DNA of 64,000 bases, from IMG/VR virus record IMGVR_UViG_3300005326_000042, positions 1 to 64,000 of that record; one strand, written 5' to 3'. The notes beneath the pieces are model-generated. The model did not search any database. It was not told the origin of the DNA and was given only the letters and a program-made list of their open reading frames with translations. This document shows, one piece after another, positions 56,403 to 64,000 of the stretch. Each line of letters begins with the position of its first letter. Position 1 is the first letter of the stretch. This DNA is from a virus. Its lineage: Duplodnaviria; Heunggongvirae; Uroviricota; Caudoviricetes. Made by a program: the position numbers and the translations under genes.

Positions 56403-57509
56403 TTAATCCTTCTTGGTATTTATACTTTCCGCTTCCTCGCGACTTGTCACACAATAGGACATCACATTAGACCCGCCAGATGTCCATCTTCGCCTTCTGG
56501 GAATAGTAGATGGAGACGTAGTAAACGGCTGAACCGCGTATGCACTTACCTCATAAGGTTGCGACCAAGGATCTGTATCATCCTTCTCGGACCCAAAATC
56601 CTCTGGATTTGTTATAGGGACGACCTTTTCAAGAATCTCTCTTGTTGTTCCATCAACCTTTTCGGGAACCAACTTCTTAGTCTCTACCTTCTCATCACTG
56701 GGATACTCAATAAAATCGCGACAACATTTTCTATCACATGGGCCAAACCTTATATTCCTAAATCCAGGTTCCCAGATATTCGCAAGAGATTCTTTGAGCA
56801 GATTTCCCCAAGTATATAGACCAGTTGAATTGTAAGACCTCTCCGACAGACAGGTAATTACATCTCCATTATAGAGAATAGAACAAGATCTTATTCCAGC
56901 AGAACACGTGTGTTCAGACTGTAGATTGTCCGCGAGAACATAACTTACATTCTTCAGGCTTCGTATCTTGTCTCTAAGATACTTAATTCCATCTGCCAAA
57001 AGTTGATATTCTGATCCCATAGTAAGCTGAATCTGCCAGAGCTTAAAGTTCTTCGCGATTTCCGCCAGTTTATCAAATTCCCAGATATTGTGAGACCCGA
57101 AGTTTGTAACTATGGTTATATTATCGCAATATTCTGTTGTCGTAACAACGTGGTCTTCTTTATAGTCTGAAGGGAAATTAACCGATAATCCAATGCAGTA
57201 AACTTTATCCCAAGGAATAAATTTATCAAATATTCCACCGTTTGATATAATTTTAACCTTACATCCCGAATTATCTAGTATCTCTATTACTTGAGATAAC
57301 AACTCATCTGATAGAGTCGAAGGTTCTCCTCCCGTAAGAGTCACTTCATTCACTTTATATTCAACGATTCGTTCTGCGATTTTTAGAACTTGGTCGTCTG
57401 ACAAAGGTTCATTTTTAGTTATATCCTTAGAGCCGCAGTACTTACAGTTTTTGTTACACTTGGGTGTAATTTCCCAAAGTATTTCTTCTAGTTTTAAAAT
57501 AGGTTGCAT
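56403..57509 (-). CDS. radical SAM enzyme with C-terminal SPASM/twitch-like Cys cluster
   Basis: CNKNCKYCG (CxxxCxxC) at residues 18-26; later CSAGIRSC...C...C.RKCC cluster; 368 aa with low-complexity tail. Confidence 0.6.
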   Translation of the reverse strand: MQPILKLEEILWEITPKCNKNCKYCGSKDITKNEPLSDDQVLKIAERIVEYKVNEVTLTGGEPSTLSDELLSQVIEILDNSGCKVKIISNGGIFDKFIPWDKVYCIGLSVNFPSDYKEDHVVTTTEYCDNITIVTNFGSHNIWEFDKLAEIAKNFKLWQIQLTMGSEYQLLADGIKYLRDKIRSLKNVSYVLADNLQSEHTCSAGIRSCSILYNGDVITCLSERSYNSTGLYTWGNLLKESLANIWEPGFRNIRFGPCDRKCCRDFIEYPSDEKVETKKLVPEKVDGTTREILEKVVPITNPEDFGSEKDDTDPWSQPYEVSAYAVQPFTTSPSTIPRRRRWTSGGSNVMSYCVTSREEAESINTKKD

Positions 57510-57737
57510 TTCTTAATCACCTGAAAAGAGACTTATTTAGAAAAGATATGTTAAAGTATTTAAAGATATTGGTTCTTTCAATCTCTCCTAATTTTCTCCC
57601 AGCAAACTCTGCCATACCTACCGCCGAAAATCTTAGTTATTTTCCTTCTGCAACGGGCACATCGCCTTGGAGCAGAAGATTCTTTGGGTTTTTCGGTGGA
57701 TTGCATATATGGAGATTATCTGGCTTAGGATAAATAG

Positions 57738-57959
57738 TTAATCCTCGGAATACAAACTTCCTTCTTCGATATGTAGATCATTTAGTGGAGCACTACAGAC
57801 ATTTCCTTCTGTAATGTGCTCATACATTTCTAGTTCCATGATATCTTCATCTTCAAATCCTTGCGCGAATGCTTTATCTATTGCTTCTTCTTTACTGTCG
57901 GCTTCGATTTCTAGGCTTACGTATCCTGCTATTGGGATGTCAACTACGTATTTGGGCAT
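57738..57959 (-). CDS. small acidic protein (candidate rSAM substrate)
   Basis: 73 aa, pI acidic, single Cys, directly upstream of rSAM gene. Confidence 0.35.
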   Translation of the reverse strand: MPKYVVDIPIAGYVSLEIEADSKEEAIDKAFAQGFEDEDIMELEMYEHITEGNVCSAPLNDLHIEEGSLYSED

Positions 57960-58030
57960 ATGAGTAGATTATCTGGTTTAAGATATAAAGGTTTTGGGAG
58001 GACGGTTGAAATTATGGAGTATAAGATTAT

Positions 58031-58879
58031 TTAAAGAACACCTGTCTGTTTGCTTCGCTCCTTTTTAATTCTTCTACCACAATTGCAGTTTGCGCACTCT
58101 AAACAATAGTCTTCTTTTAAGGATTTGGGCCAACCTATTTTGTTGAAATCCATAAGTAAACGCACCCCAGTATGTTCCCCCTTCTTTCTTTTCTTGTTGC
58201 CATCATCATTTTTGTGCGATACTTGAAGAAATTTTAACTCCGTGATTTCGCAAGGACAACCGCCAAATAAGCTAAAAGCTTGGTTCCAAAGTCTAGTATA
58301 ATATTTTTGAATAGTAGTTTGTAATTCGGGTGGGATATCTAAATATTCTTTTTGTCTGCCATCATTATGATTCCAGCAGAGAACTCTGAGATTTGATAGT
58401 TTTTCTTTTGGATAAGTTCCTCGCGCAACAGAAATGTATAATTTTCTTCCCCCAAATCCAGATTTCTCATCTAAATAACCAGCTGAATCTATATGATCTA
58501 TTGTGAGTAGATCCGTATCGGTTATATCACATAACTGACATTTACAGCCGCCTAAAACTTCAAAAGCAGCCTTTTTAATATTTTGAGTATATTCTCTTCT
58601 TCTTTTACTTATCGCTTCTGAATTATTTCTTGCGTATTTTCTGGCGTGCCCTTTTAGGCGTTCTTTATTATTTTTTCTATAAATCTTAAAATAATTGTTA
58701 AAATGTTCTTTATTATTCTGCCGATATTGCTTCTGTGAATCATCATACCAATAAGATATGGTTGTATAGCAAACCCCACACTCTCTTCCAATTTGTGCAT
58801 AGCTTTTTCCTAAAACCTCAATTTGTTCCTTCAACCATTCTTTATCTCTATACCGCAGATCTTTTTCAGACCCGCTCAT
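58031..58879 (-). CDS. HTH + double HNH-motif endonuclease, paralog 3
   Basis: KEWLKEQ...IGRECGVCYTTISYW; GGCKCQLC...IDHID...LRVLCWNHN; GGCPCE...ECANCN. Confidence 0.6.
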   Translation of the reverse strand: MSGSEKDLRYRDKEWLKEQIEVLGKSYAQIGRECGVCYTTISYWYDDSQKQYRQNNKEHFNNYFKIYRKNNKERLKGHARKYARNNSEAISKRRREYTQNIKKAAFEVLGGCKCQLCDITDTDLLTIDHIDSAGYLDEKSGFGGRKLYISVARGTYPKEKLSNLRVLCWNHNDGRQKEYLDIPPELQTTIQKYYTRLWNQAFSLFGGCPCEITELKFLQVSHKNDDGNKKRKKGEHTGVRLLMDFNKIGWPKSLKEDYCLECANCNCGRRIKKERSKQTGVL

Positions 58880-59034
58880 TCTATTCCCCTCTTTTGTTGT
58901 TCTTTCTCAATCAATTTTCTCAGAAAAGCCGCAGTTGTGATTCCATCTGCAATCGACATTTCTTCTAAAGTCTCGCGCAAACTCTTTGAGAGCTTGAAGG
59001 TAAACAAAATAGTCTGAACTCTTTGTTGTTTCAT
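58876..59034 (-). CDS. ribbon-helix-helix protein coupled to HNH paralog 3
   Basis: ILFTFKLSKSLRETLEEMSIADGITTAAFLRKLI; ATGA overlap. Confidence 0.45.
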   Translation of the reverse strand: MKQQRVQTILFTFKLSKSLRETLEEMSIADGITTAAFLRKLIEKEQQKRGIE

Positions 59035-59183
59035 TCTAAACACCATATAGAAAAGATTCTATAATATAATAAATATCTCATACTATATAAACTTTTCTAT
59101 ATTATTTAATTCATGAACCGAAAGGTTTATTAATAAACAAAGATATTCTTAGTTTGTTGTCGATTTTGGTTAAGTGATCATAA

Positions 59184-61643
59184 ATGGCAGATTCTTCATT
59201 ATTTCAGAAATACTTAGAAATGGGCTTTGGGCTGATTCCCGTTCACGAACCGGGATCTGTTGACCCTAAAACTTTGGAGTCAATAGAGAAGATTCCTTAT
59301 ATTAAGTGGGGAAATTATAAAGATAAAAAACCGGAAGAATCTGAAATGCTCTCTTGGTTTGCGACCTACGCGCGAGCAGACTTCGCAGTACTCACCGGCT
59401 TTGACAATCTGGTCCTTTGTGATATTGATGACCCCAACATCTATGACCGCTATCTGGCGGGTACTTTTAAAAACATGGTGGCCCGTACGCCCAGTGGAGG
59501 GATCGGACTCTTTGTAAAAAGTTCTGTTGTACCCAAATCTTTTGCAGGATTATCGGGGCTTCCCGTAGATATAAGAGGGTTAAATGGTTATTCAGTTCTT
59601 CCTTCCCAAGACCTTACTCCTGAAGAAATAGCCCGCGAGGAACAGGAAGAGTTGGAAGGTAAAAAAGGGAAAGACAAAGGGAACCCTTGGATTCGTCGCT
59701 GGTTATCTTTTGAATCTCCCGAAGAGGTAACAGATATTGTAGCCACCCTCAAGAAACTATTACCAGAGATTAAAAAACCAAAAGAAAACATTCCAGTAAA
59801 CGGTATCGATTGGGTTCAAAATCACAACACCTGGAATATCGTTCGGCGCGGCCACGGATATATACAGGTTAGATGCCCCATAGAGGGTCATGTTGATAAT
59901 AATGCATCTTTCACGATTTACGAAGATGGTTTTATATGCTACGGATGTGGCGCAAAAGGAAATATAATAAAGCTCCTTTCTTTGGCTACCGGCCAATCCG
60001 AAGAACAGGTCTTGCAACAATATCCAGGAGCCGCAAGAGTCGGAACGACATTTAAGGATAAGCTCATCGAATTGGTAAGTGAAAAGACAAATTTGTTGAA
60101 AGATTATAATGAAAATACTTTTTATTACGTCAAAGAGTTAGATACTGAGTTTGGAATTTCACAAAATATATTCCCCATAAACTCAGATATAGCTCAATAT
60201 TGGATCAATAGAACGGCAGAAAAGAAGTTGGGTAAGAAAGTTCCAGATATAGATCTCAAATATGTGACAAAATGGATGAACGGAGAAGCAAAAGCGAAGG
60301 CGGCCAGGGTAAATATTTGGAGGCGTATAGGAGGAGATAGCAGTAATATATACTACGATATGGGAGATAATACATACACAAAGATTACTGCAAATTCTCT
60401 TGAGATTCTTCCTGAATCTGATATAGTATTTGTAAGAGAGGCTATCCAAGATGCCCAAGCCCCTCCTTCAAGTTATAAAAAAGAAGATATATTAAAAATA
60501 TTTGATTATATTAATATCGAAGGAGAAGAGAAGAAGCTTTTAGTTCTAACTTGGATTTTAACATGCTTTTTGCCAAATGCTCAGTATCCAATTTTACTTC
60601 TCTGTGGTACTAGAGGATCTGGAAAAACCGAGGCTGCTAAGAAAATAAAAAGGATTATAGATCCTGTATCGGGCGGTAAATTTGGACCAGAAACATTAGT
60701 GTATGCTCCGAATGATTTAGATAAACTGACTCATCAGTTATCTCACACAGCTTTGGCGGTTTTGGATAACATAAGTCATATTAACTTAAACACTGGAAAT
60801 TTGCTATGCCAAGCAGTCACGTCGGGGCACACTCAGACGAGGCTTTTATACACTACAAATGAATCTTTGTACATTTCAATTCGTACAAGAATCATTTTGA
60901 CAAGTATTAACAGAGAAATTTTCAATGTTGAGTCTTTAGATGCGTCAGAAAGAACAGTTTGTATAGAATTGGATCGTCCAGATGGGAAGTATATAGATAT
61001 AGATTTTTTAGACGAAACTTTCGAACTCGAAAAATCCAAATTTTTAGGATCTGCCTTTGCTCTTCTAAAAGGATATCTTCGCGATGGTAAGCCTAAAACA
61101 GGTGAAAGATCTGACTTTAGAATGACCGTGTTTGCTTCAATGGGAAAGTATTTAGCAAAAGAGTTAAATTTTAAATGTGATTTTAACAAAGTGTATGCAA
61201 GGAATCAAGGAATACTCTCACAAGGTTCGATAGACGCGGAACCACTTTCCCAATTCATTTTCTATTTCAGTCGCAAGTATGGGTCTTCCGACTTCAGTGG
61301 TAATAAAGGATGGGGGATCAGCAAGAATCGCATTTTTGACAAATGCTTTACCTCTTGGATCGAAAAGAGACATGGAGATTTTGGAAATAAAGAACTTCCA
61401 AGAAACGCAAACATCTTGTTTTCAAAGCTTCGTAAAATGAAGCCAGACCTTAAAAAACTATATGGAATCGAACTCAAGTTTAGCTCTCATAGAAATACAG
61501 ATTGGGTAATGATTTCCAAACCGACAGATGGGGCGCTAGAAGAAGAAGAAATTTCCGAGGCAATTATCGTAGGAGATTTTAACTCAGAGGAAGAAGTTGA
61601 TAAAGCTCTGGGTCAGACGGATTTAGAAGATGAATGGAGTTAA
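59184..61643 (+). CDS. primase-helicase 2 (Prim-Pol N-terminal domain + zinc finger + SF3/D5-like NTPase)
   Basis: ADFAVLTGFDNLVLCDIDD prim-pol motif; CPIEGH...CYGCG zinc finger; Walker A CGTRGSGKT; 819 aa. Confidence 0.65.
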   Translation: MADSSLFQKYLEMGFGLIPVHEPGSVDPKTLESIEKIPYIKWGNYKDKKPEESEMLSWFATYARADFAVLTGFDNLVLCDIDDPNIYDRYLAGTFKNMVARTPSGGIGLFVKSSVVPKSFAGLSGLPVDIRGLNGYSVLPSQDLTPEEIAREEQEELEGKKGKDKGNPWIRRWLSFESPEEVTDIVATLKKLLPEIKKPKENIPVNGIDWVQNHNTWNIVRRGHGYIQVRCPIEGHVDNNASFTIYEDGFICYGCGAKGNIIKLLSLATGQSEEQVLQQYPGAARVGTTFKDKLIELVSEKTNLLKDYNENTFYYVKELDTEFGISQNIFPINSDIAQYWINRTAEKKLGKKVPDIDLKYVTKWMNGEAKAKAARVNIWRRIGGDSSNIYYDMGDNTYTKITANSLEILPESDIVFVREAIQDAQAPPSSYKKEDILKIFDYINIEGEEKKLLVLTWILTCFLPNAQYPILLLCGTRGSGKTEAAKKIKRIIDPVSGGKFGPETLVYAPNDLDKLTHQLSHTALAVLDNISHINLNTGNLLCQAVTSGHTQTRLLYTTNESLYISIRTRIILTSINREIFNVESLDASERTVCIELDRPDGKYIDIDFLDETFELEKSKFLGSAFALLKGYLRDGKPKTGERSDFRMTVFASMGKYLAKELNFKCDFNKVYARNQGILSQGSIDAEPLSQFIFYFSRKYGSSDFSGNKGWGISKNRIFDKCFTSWIEKRHGDFGNKELPRNANILFSKLRKMKPDLKKLYGIELKFSSHRNTDWVMISKPTDGALEEEEISEAIIVGDFNSEEEVDKALGQTDLEDEWS

Positions 61644-61726
61644 TTTTATTTATTTTTTAAATCCAAAACCTTAAATACCAAAACCACCGTTAATCTAATA
61701 TCCACTCTTTTAAGGAGAATTTAAAA

Positions 61727-61909
61727 ATGGACTTAATTCGTATTCCAGAACTTGATATGACCTTGGACGAACTAGATTCTAAGCTTCAAAACTTAGCGAG
61801 ACAAAAGGTAGAACTTCAAGAAACCATGTTAAAACTAGAGGGAGAACTTGTTTTAGTTGCATCTGTCTTCGCCGTAAGAGCAATACAGGAATTGGATAAG
61901 AGGAAGTGA
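61727..61909 (+). CDS. small coiled-coil protein
   Basis: SD AAGGAG. Confidence 0.4.
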   Translation: MDLIRIPELDMTLDELDSKLQNLARQKVELQETMLKLEGELVLVASVFAVRAIQELDKRK

Positions 61910-62259
61910 GATTATCGAAGCATATTCCACCACATGTTATATCCCTTGCTCAGAAAATTTGCCTTAAGTCACAAATGAAACATAAACTTTCCTGTATAAT
62001 CTACAATAAAAAGGGTCATATAATCAACATCGGCTATAACAAATGGCTCACGATTGGAAAGAGAAGCAAAGTTCCATTAAAGTGTTCTATTCACTCAGAA
62101 ATGGATGCGATTGCGGGCTGCGACCGTCGCGAACTCTATGGGGCTAATATTTATGTTTATCGAAAAGGAAATTTGCTCGCGAAACCATGTGAGAATTGTA
62201 TGAAGGAATTAGAGAAATATGGGTTTAGAAATATAAGTTGGTCTGGAGAATTAGAATGA
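61906..62259 (+). CDS. CDA-fold (cytidine/dCMP) deaminase, minimal
   Basis: HSEMDAI (H-x-E) and PCENC (PCxxC) zinc motifs; GTG start overlapping upstream stop. Confidence 0.55.
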   Translation: MRLSKHIPPHVISLAQKICLKSQMKHKLSCIIYNKKGHIINIGYNKWLTIGKRSKVPLKCSIHSEMDAIAGCDRRELYGANIYVYRKGNLLAKPCENCMKELEKYGFRNISWSGELE

Positions 62260-62362
62260 AAATCCTATCTGAAAACAAATACACTTTGATGGTCATATGC
62301 GATTGTGGAAGAAAACATCGTCTTATCTTTAATCCAGACATGAATCTCTCTGTGGGAGAATC

Positions 62363-62560
62363 ATGGGTCGGGCCAACAAACCAAGAGCCTTGGTGGTGGA
62401 CGAAATGAAATTCTCTCAAATCCCAATAGAACCTATATGTGAATTCTGTAACTATTGGCGAAGATCTGTAGACCCATATGCTGGATACTGTACAATTAAG
62501 AAATCTCGCGGCGAAATAAATTATGGGACTTGGAGTTATCATACTTGTGACGAGGAATAG
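62363..62560 (+). CDS. small Cys-rich protein, paralog A (ends HTCDEE)
   Basis: CEFCNYW...C...HTCDEE. Confidence 0.4.
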   Translation: MGRANKPRALVVDEMKFSQIPIEPICEFCNYWRRSVDPYAGYCTIKKSRGEINYGTWSYHTCDEE

Positions 62561-62562
62561 AT

Positions 62563-62730
62563 ATGAAGTTTAAATGTCGTGAAGAGCAAACATGTAGGCT
62601 TTGTGAATATTGGGGCGGACCAGAATGGGATTGCAGCGGAGCTTGTGAATTTAAGGCAAAAAGACAAGCGAAATCAAATAAATGTATAGATGTGTTTACT
62701 TACATAGATCATAAGTGCGACGAGGAATGA
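62563..62730 (+). CDS. small Cys-rich protein, paralog B (ends HKCDEE)
   Basis: 55 aa, CRLCEYW...C...HKCDEE; below track cutoff. Confidence 0.4.
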   Translation: MKFKCREEQTCRLCEYWGGPEWDCSGACEFKAKRQAKSNKCIDVFTYIDHKCDEE

Positions 62731-62732
62731 AT

Positions 62733-62924
62733 ATGAAATACCACAACAAATATTTAAATTCTCAGACATGGGACGAACCCGAACTTAATATTTTTAAGTC
62801 TGAAATAAAACTTCCATGTTTTATATGTAAAGATTATACCGAATGGACTGATTTGTTGTTTGGATTCACAATATGCTCTGAGGAATGTAGGGATAAGCTT
62901 TACAAGAAATTTCAAGGGGATTAA
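62733..62924 (+). CDS. small zinc-finger protein
   Basis: Internal ATG (MKYHNKYL) chosen; CFIC...CSEEC. Confidence 0.35.
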   Translation: MKYHNKYLNSQTWDEPELNIFKSEIKLPCFICKDYTEWTDLLFGFTICSEECRDKLYKKFQGD

Positions 62925-62925
62925 A

Positions 62926-63084
62926 ATGCGTCAAGAAAACTGTAAACATATTGCCTTCAGATCTGATTGGGATCATACCTATCTGGAAGATGCTGCTTGT
63001 ATAAAGCTCAAGAAAGGATATCCCAAAGAATTAGATTGTGAAGGATGCAAAGAATTTGAAATAAATCCGTTAATGGAGAAATAA
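62926..63084 (+). CDS. small Cys-containing protein
   Basis: Internal ATG (MRQENCKH). Confidence 0.35.
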   Translation: MRQENCKHIAFRSDWDHTYLEDAACIKLKKGYPKELDCEGCKEFEINPLMEK

Positions 63085-63086
63085 CT

Positions 63087-63416
63087 ATGAACCTAACTCC
63101 AAATGATATGGTAATCGCCCTTGCCTATGTTGGTGGAATAAACGGCTTTGGCGAAAAAGAAATGCTGAAGATAAGCAATTTCTGTAACGACTTTGTGGAC
63201 CAAACTCGCGGGAAAACAAACCAGGAGATTTTGGATACATATAATAGTCTTGTGAAATCCAGGAAACTAAACTCAAAAGAGAAGATTCTTTTTGGGTCCA
63301 TGATGATTATTAGCTTCCTAATAGAAATTTCTCAGGCAAGAGAGATAGAATTGCAGAAGGTAAAACAGGAACAGGAAAAGAAGACTATTGAGGATACAAG
63401 TAATTACATTGGATAG
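63087..63416 (+). CDS. hypothetical protein
   Basis: Track ORF. Confidence 0.4.
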   Translation: MNLTPNDMVIALAYVGGINGFGEKEMLKISNFCNDFVDQTRGKTNQEILDTYNSLVKSRKLNSKEKILFGSMMIISFLIEISQAREIELQKVKQEQEKKTIEDTSNYIG

Positions 63417-63462
63417 CCGTAGTGAGCGAAGCCGAAAGGAGCGTTAGCGACTGAAGGATTAG

Positions 63463-63482
63463 CCCGCGTTTCTCAGCGGGCG
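63463..63482 (+). promoter_or_regulatory. GC hairpin just upstream of the SD of next gene
   Basis: GCCCGC-GTTTCTCA-GCGGGC; no clear U tract so not a confident terminator. Confidence 0.3.
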
Positions 63483-63492
63483 AGGTGGTTTC

Positions 63493-64000
63493 ATGACCTG
63501 TATAGTCGGCCTAATCGACCCAGAAAAGAATGTCTGGATGGGCGCGGATTCTATGACCTCTTTTGAGGATGATGTTTATATTTCTAGGGAACCAAAGATT
63601 TTTCAAAAAGAAAATATTCTAATTGGTTCTTGTGGAAGATCTCTTCTAGGAGACGTAATTGATTGTTTTGAACCCCCAAATGACAAATGGGTTAAAGACC
63701 TGAAATTTGGACCTTTAAAGTACATACGGACGGTTTTTATGCCGGAATTTAAGGATCTTCTTGAGAAGGAAAATATCTTAGAAGAAGAAAACAATCTTAA
63801 AGAGATCCCGAATTCCGAATTACTGATAGGTTATCGAGGAAGACTTTTTAGAATTTCTACAGACCTAGCGGTATTAGAAAACACTCTTCCCTATGAAGCC
63901 ATTGGTGGAGGCGGTCCCTACGCACTAGGCTCCCTCTACTCAACCGACCTAGAAGAGATCTACAAAACCAATCCTCACGCCAGAGCAATGACTGCTCTCA
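63493..64000 (+). CDS. HslV-like Ntn-hydrolase peptidase (partial, runs off window)
   Basis: MTCIVG N-terminal Thr; GADSMTS; later EAIGGGGPYALGS matching HslV AIGSGGPYA; SD GAGGTGG. Confidence 0.55.
   Translation, partial: MTCIVGLIDPEKNVWMGADSMTSFEDDVYISREPKIFQKENILIGSCGRSLLGDVIDCFEPPNDKWVKDLKFGPLKYIRTVFMPEFKDLLEKENILEEENNLKEIPNSELLIGYRGRLFRISTDLAVLENTLPYEAIGGGGPYALGSLYSTDLEEIYKTNPHARAMTAL

Noticed and set aside
63603-63794. Minus-strand ORF at the window end
   Set aside because: It lies antisense within the HslV-like gene, which has clear catalytic motifs.

Overview
This 64-kb window is an AT-rich, gene-dense stretch of a large dsDNA virus of a prokaryote, most likely a tailed virus of an anaerobe. 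Several features are archaeal-type (PTH2, a PCNA-like clamp, a putative intron-containing tRNA, Hjc-like nucleases); others are phage/bacterial-type (HslV, NUMOD3-HNH, NrdDG/NrdH, Shine-Dalgarno sites), so the host domain is unresolved. Genes sit in long co-directional blocks: minus strand 1-29.9 kb, plus 31.7-35.3 kb, minus 35.7-41.0 kb, plus 41.3-50.7 kb, minus 50.7-59.0 kb, plus 59.2-64 kb. Calls I can support from motifs read by eye: anaerobic class III RNR (nrdD) with its activase (nrdG) and an NrdH-like redoxin; a ThyA-family enzyme; a dCTP-deaminase/dUTPase-family protein; a small CDA-fold deaminase; a SNF2-type helicase; two different primase-helicases; an ATP-dependent DNA ligase and two small RNA-ligase-like enzymes; a zinc-finger-PTH2 fusion; a Pol-beta-superfamily nucleotidyltransferase; an SPFH/band-7 protein; a caspase-like C14 peptidase followed by two small membrane proteins; a radical-SAM/SPASM enzyme; a partial HslV-like peptidase; a pectate-lyase-fold tailspike with fibre proteins; a NUMOD3-HNH homing endonuclease; and three paralogous RHH + HTH-HNH two-gene cassettes at module junctions. 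One probable intron-containing tRNA and a tRNA-derived minihelix lie on the minus strand. A 5-kb block (43.8-48.6 kb) has much higher GC than the rest. A repeat-rich noncoding region follows primase-helicase 1 and looks like a replication origin. No CRISPR array, integrase or rRNA was seen. All calls are motif-level readings by eye; no database search was run.
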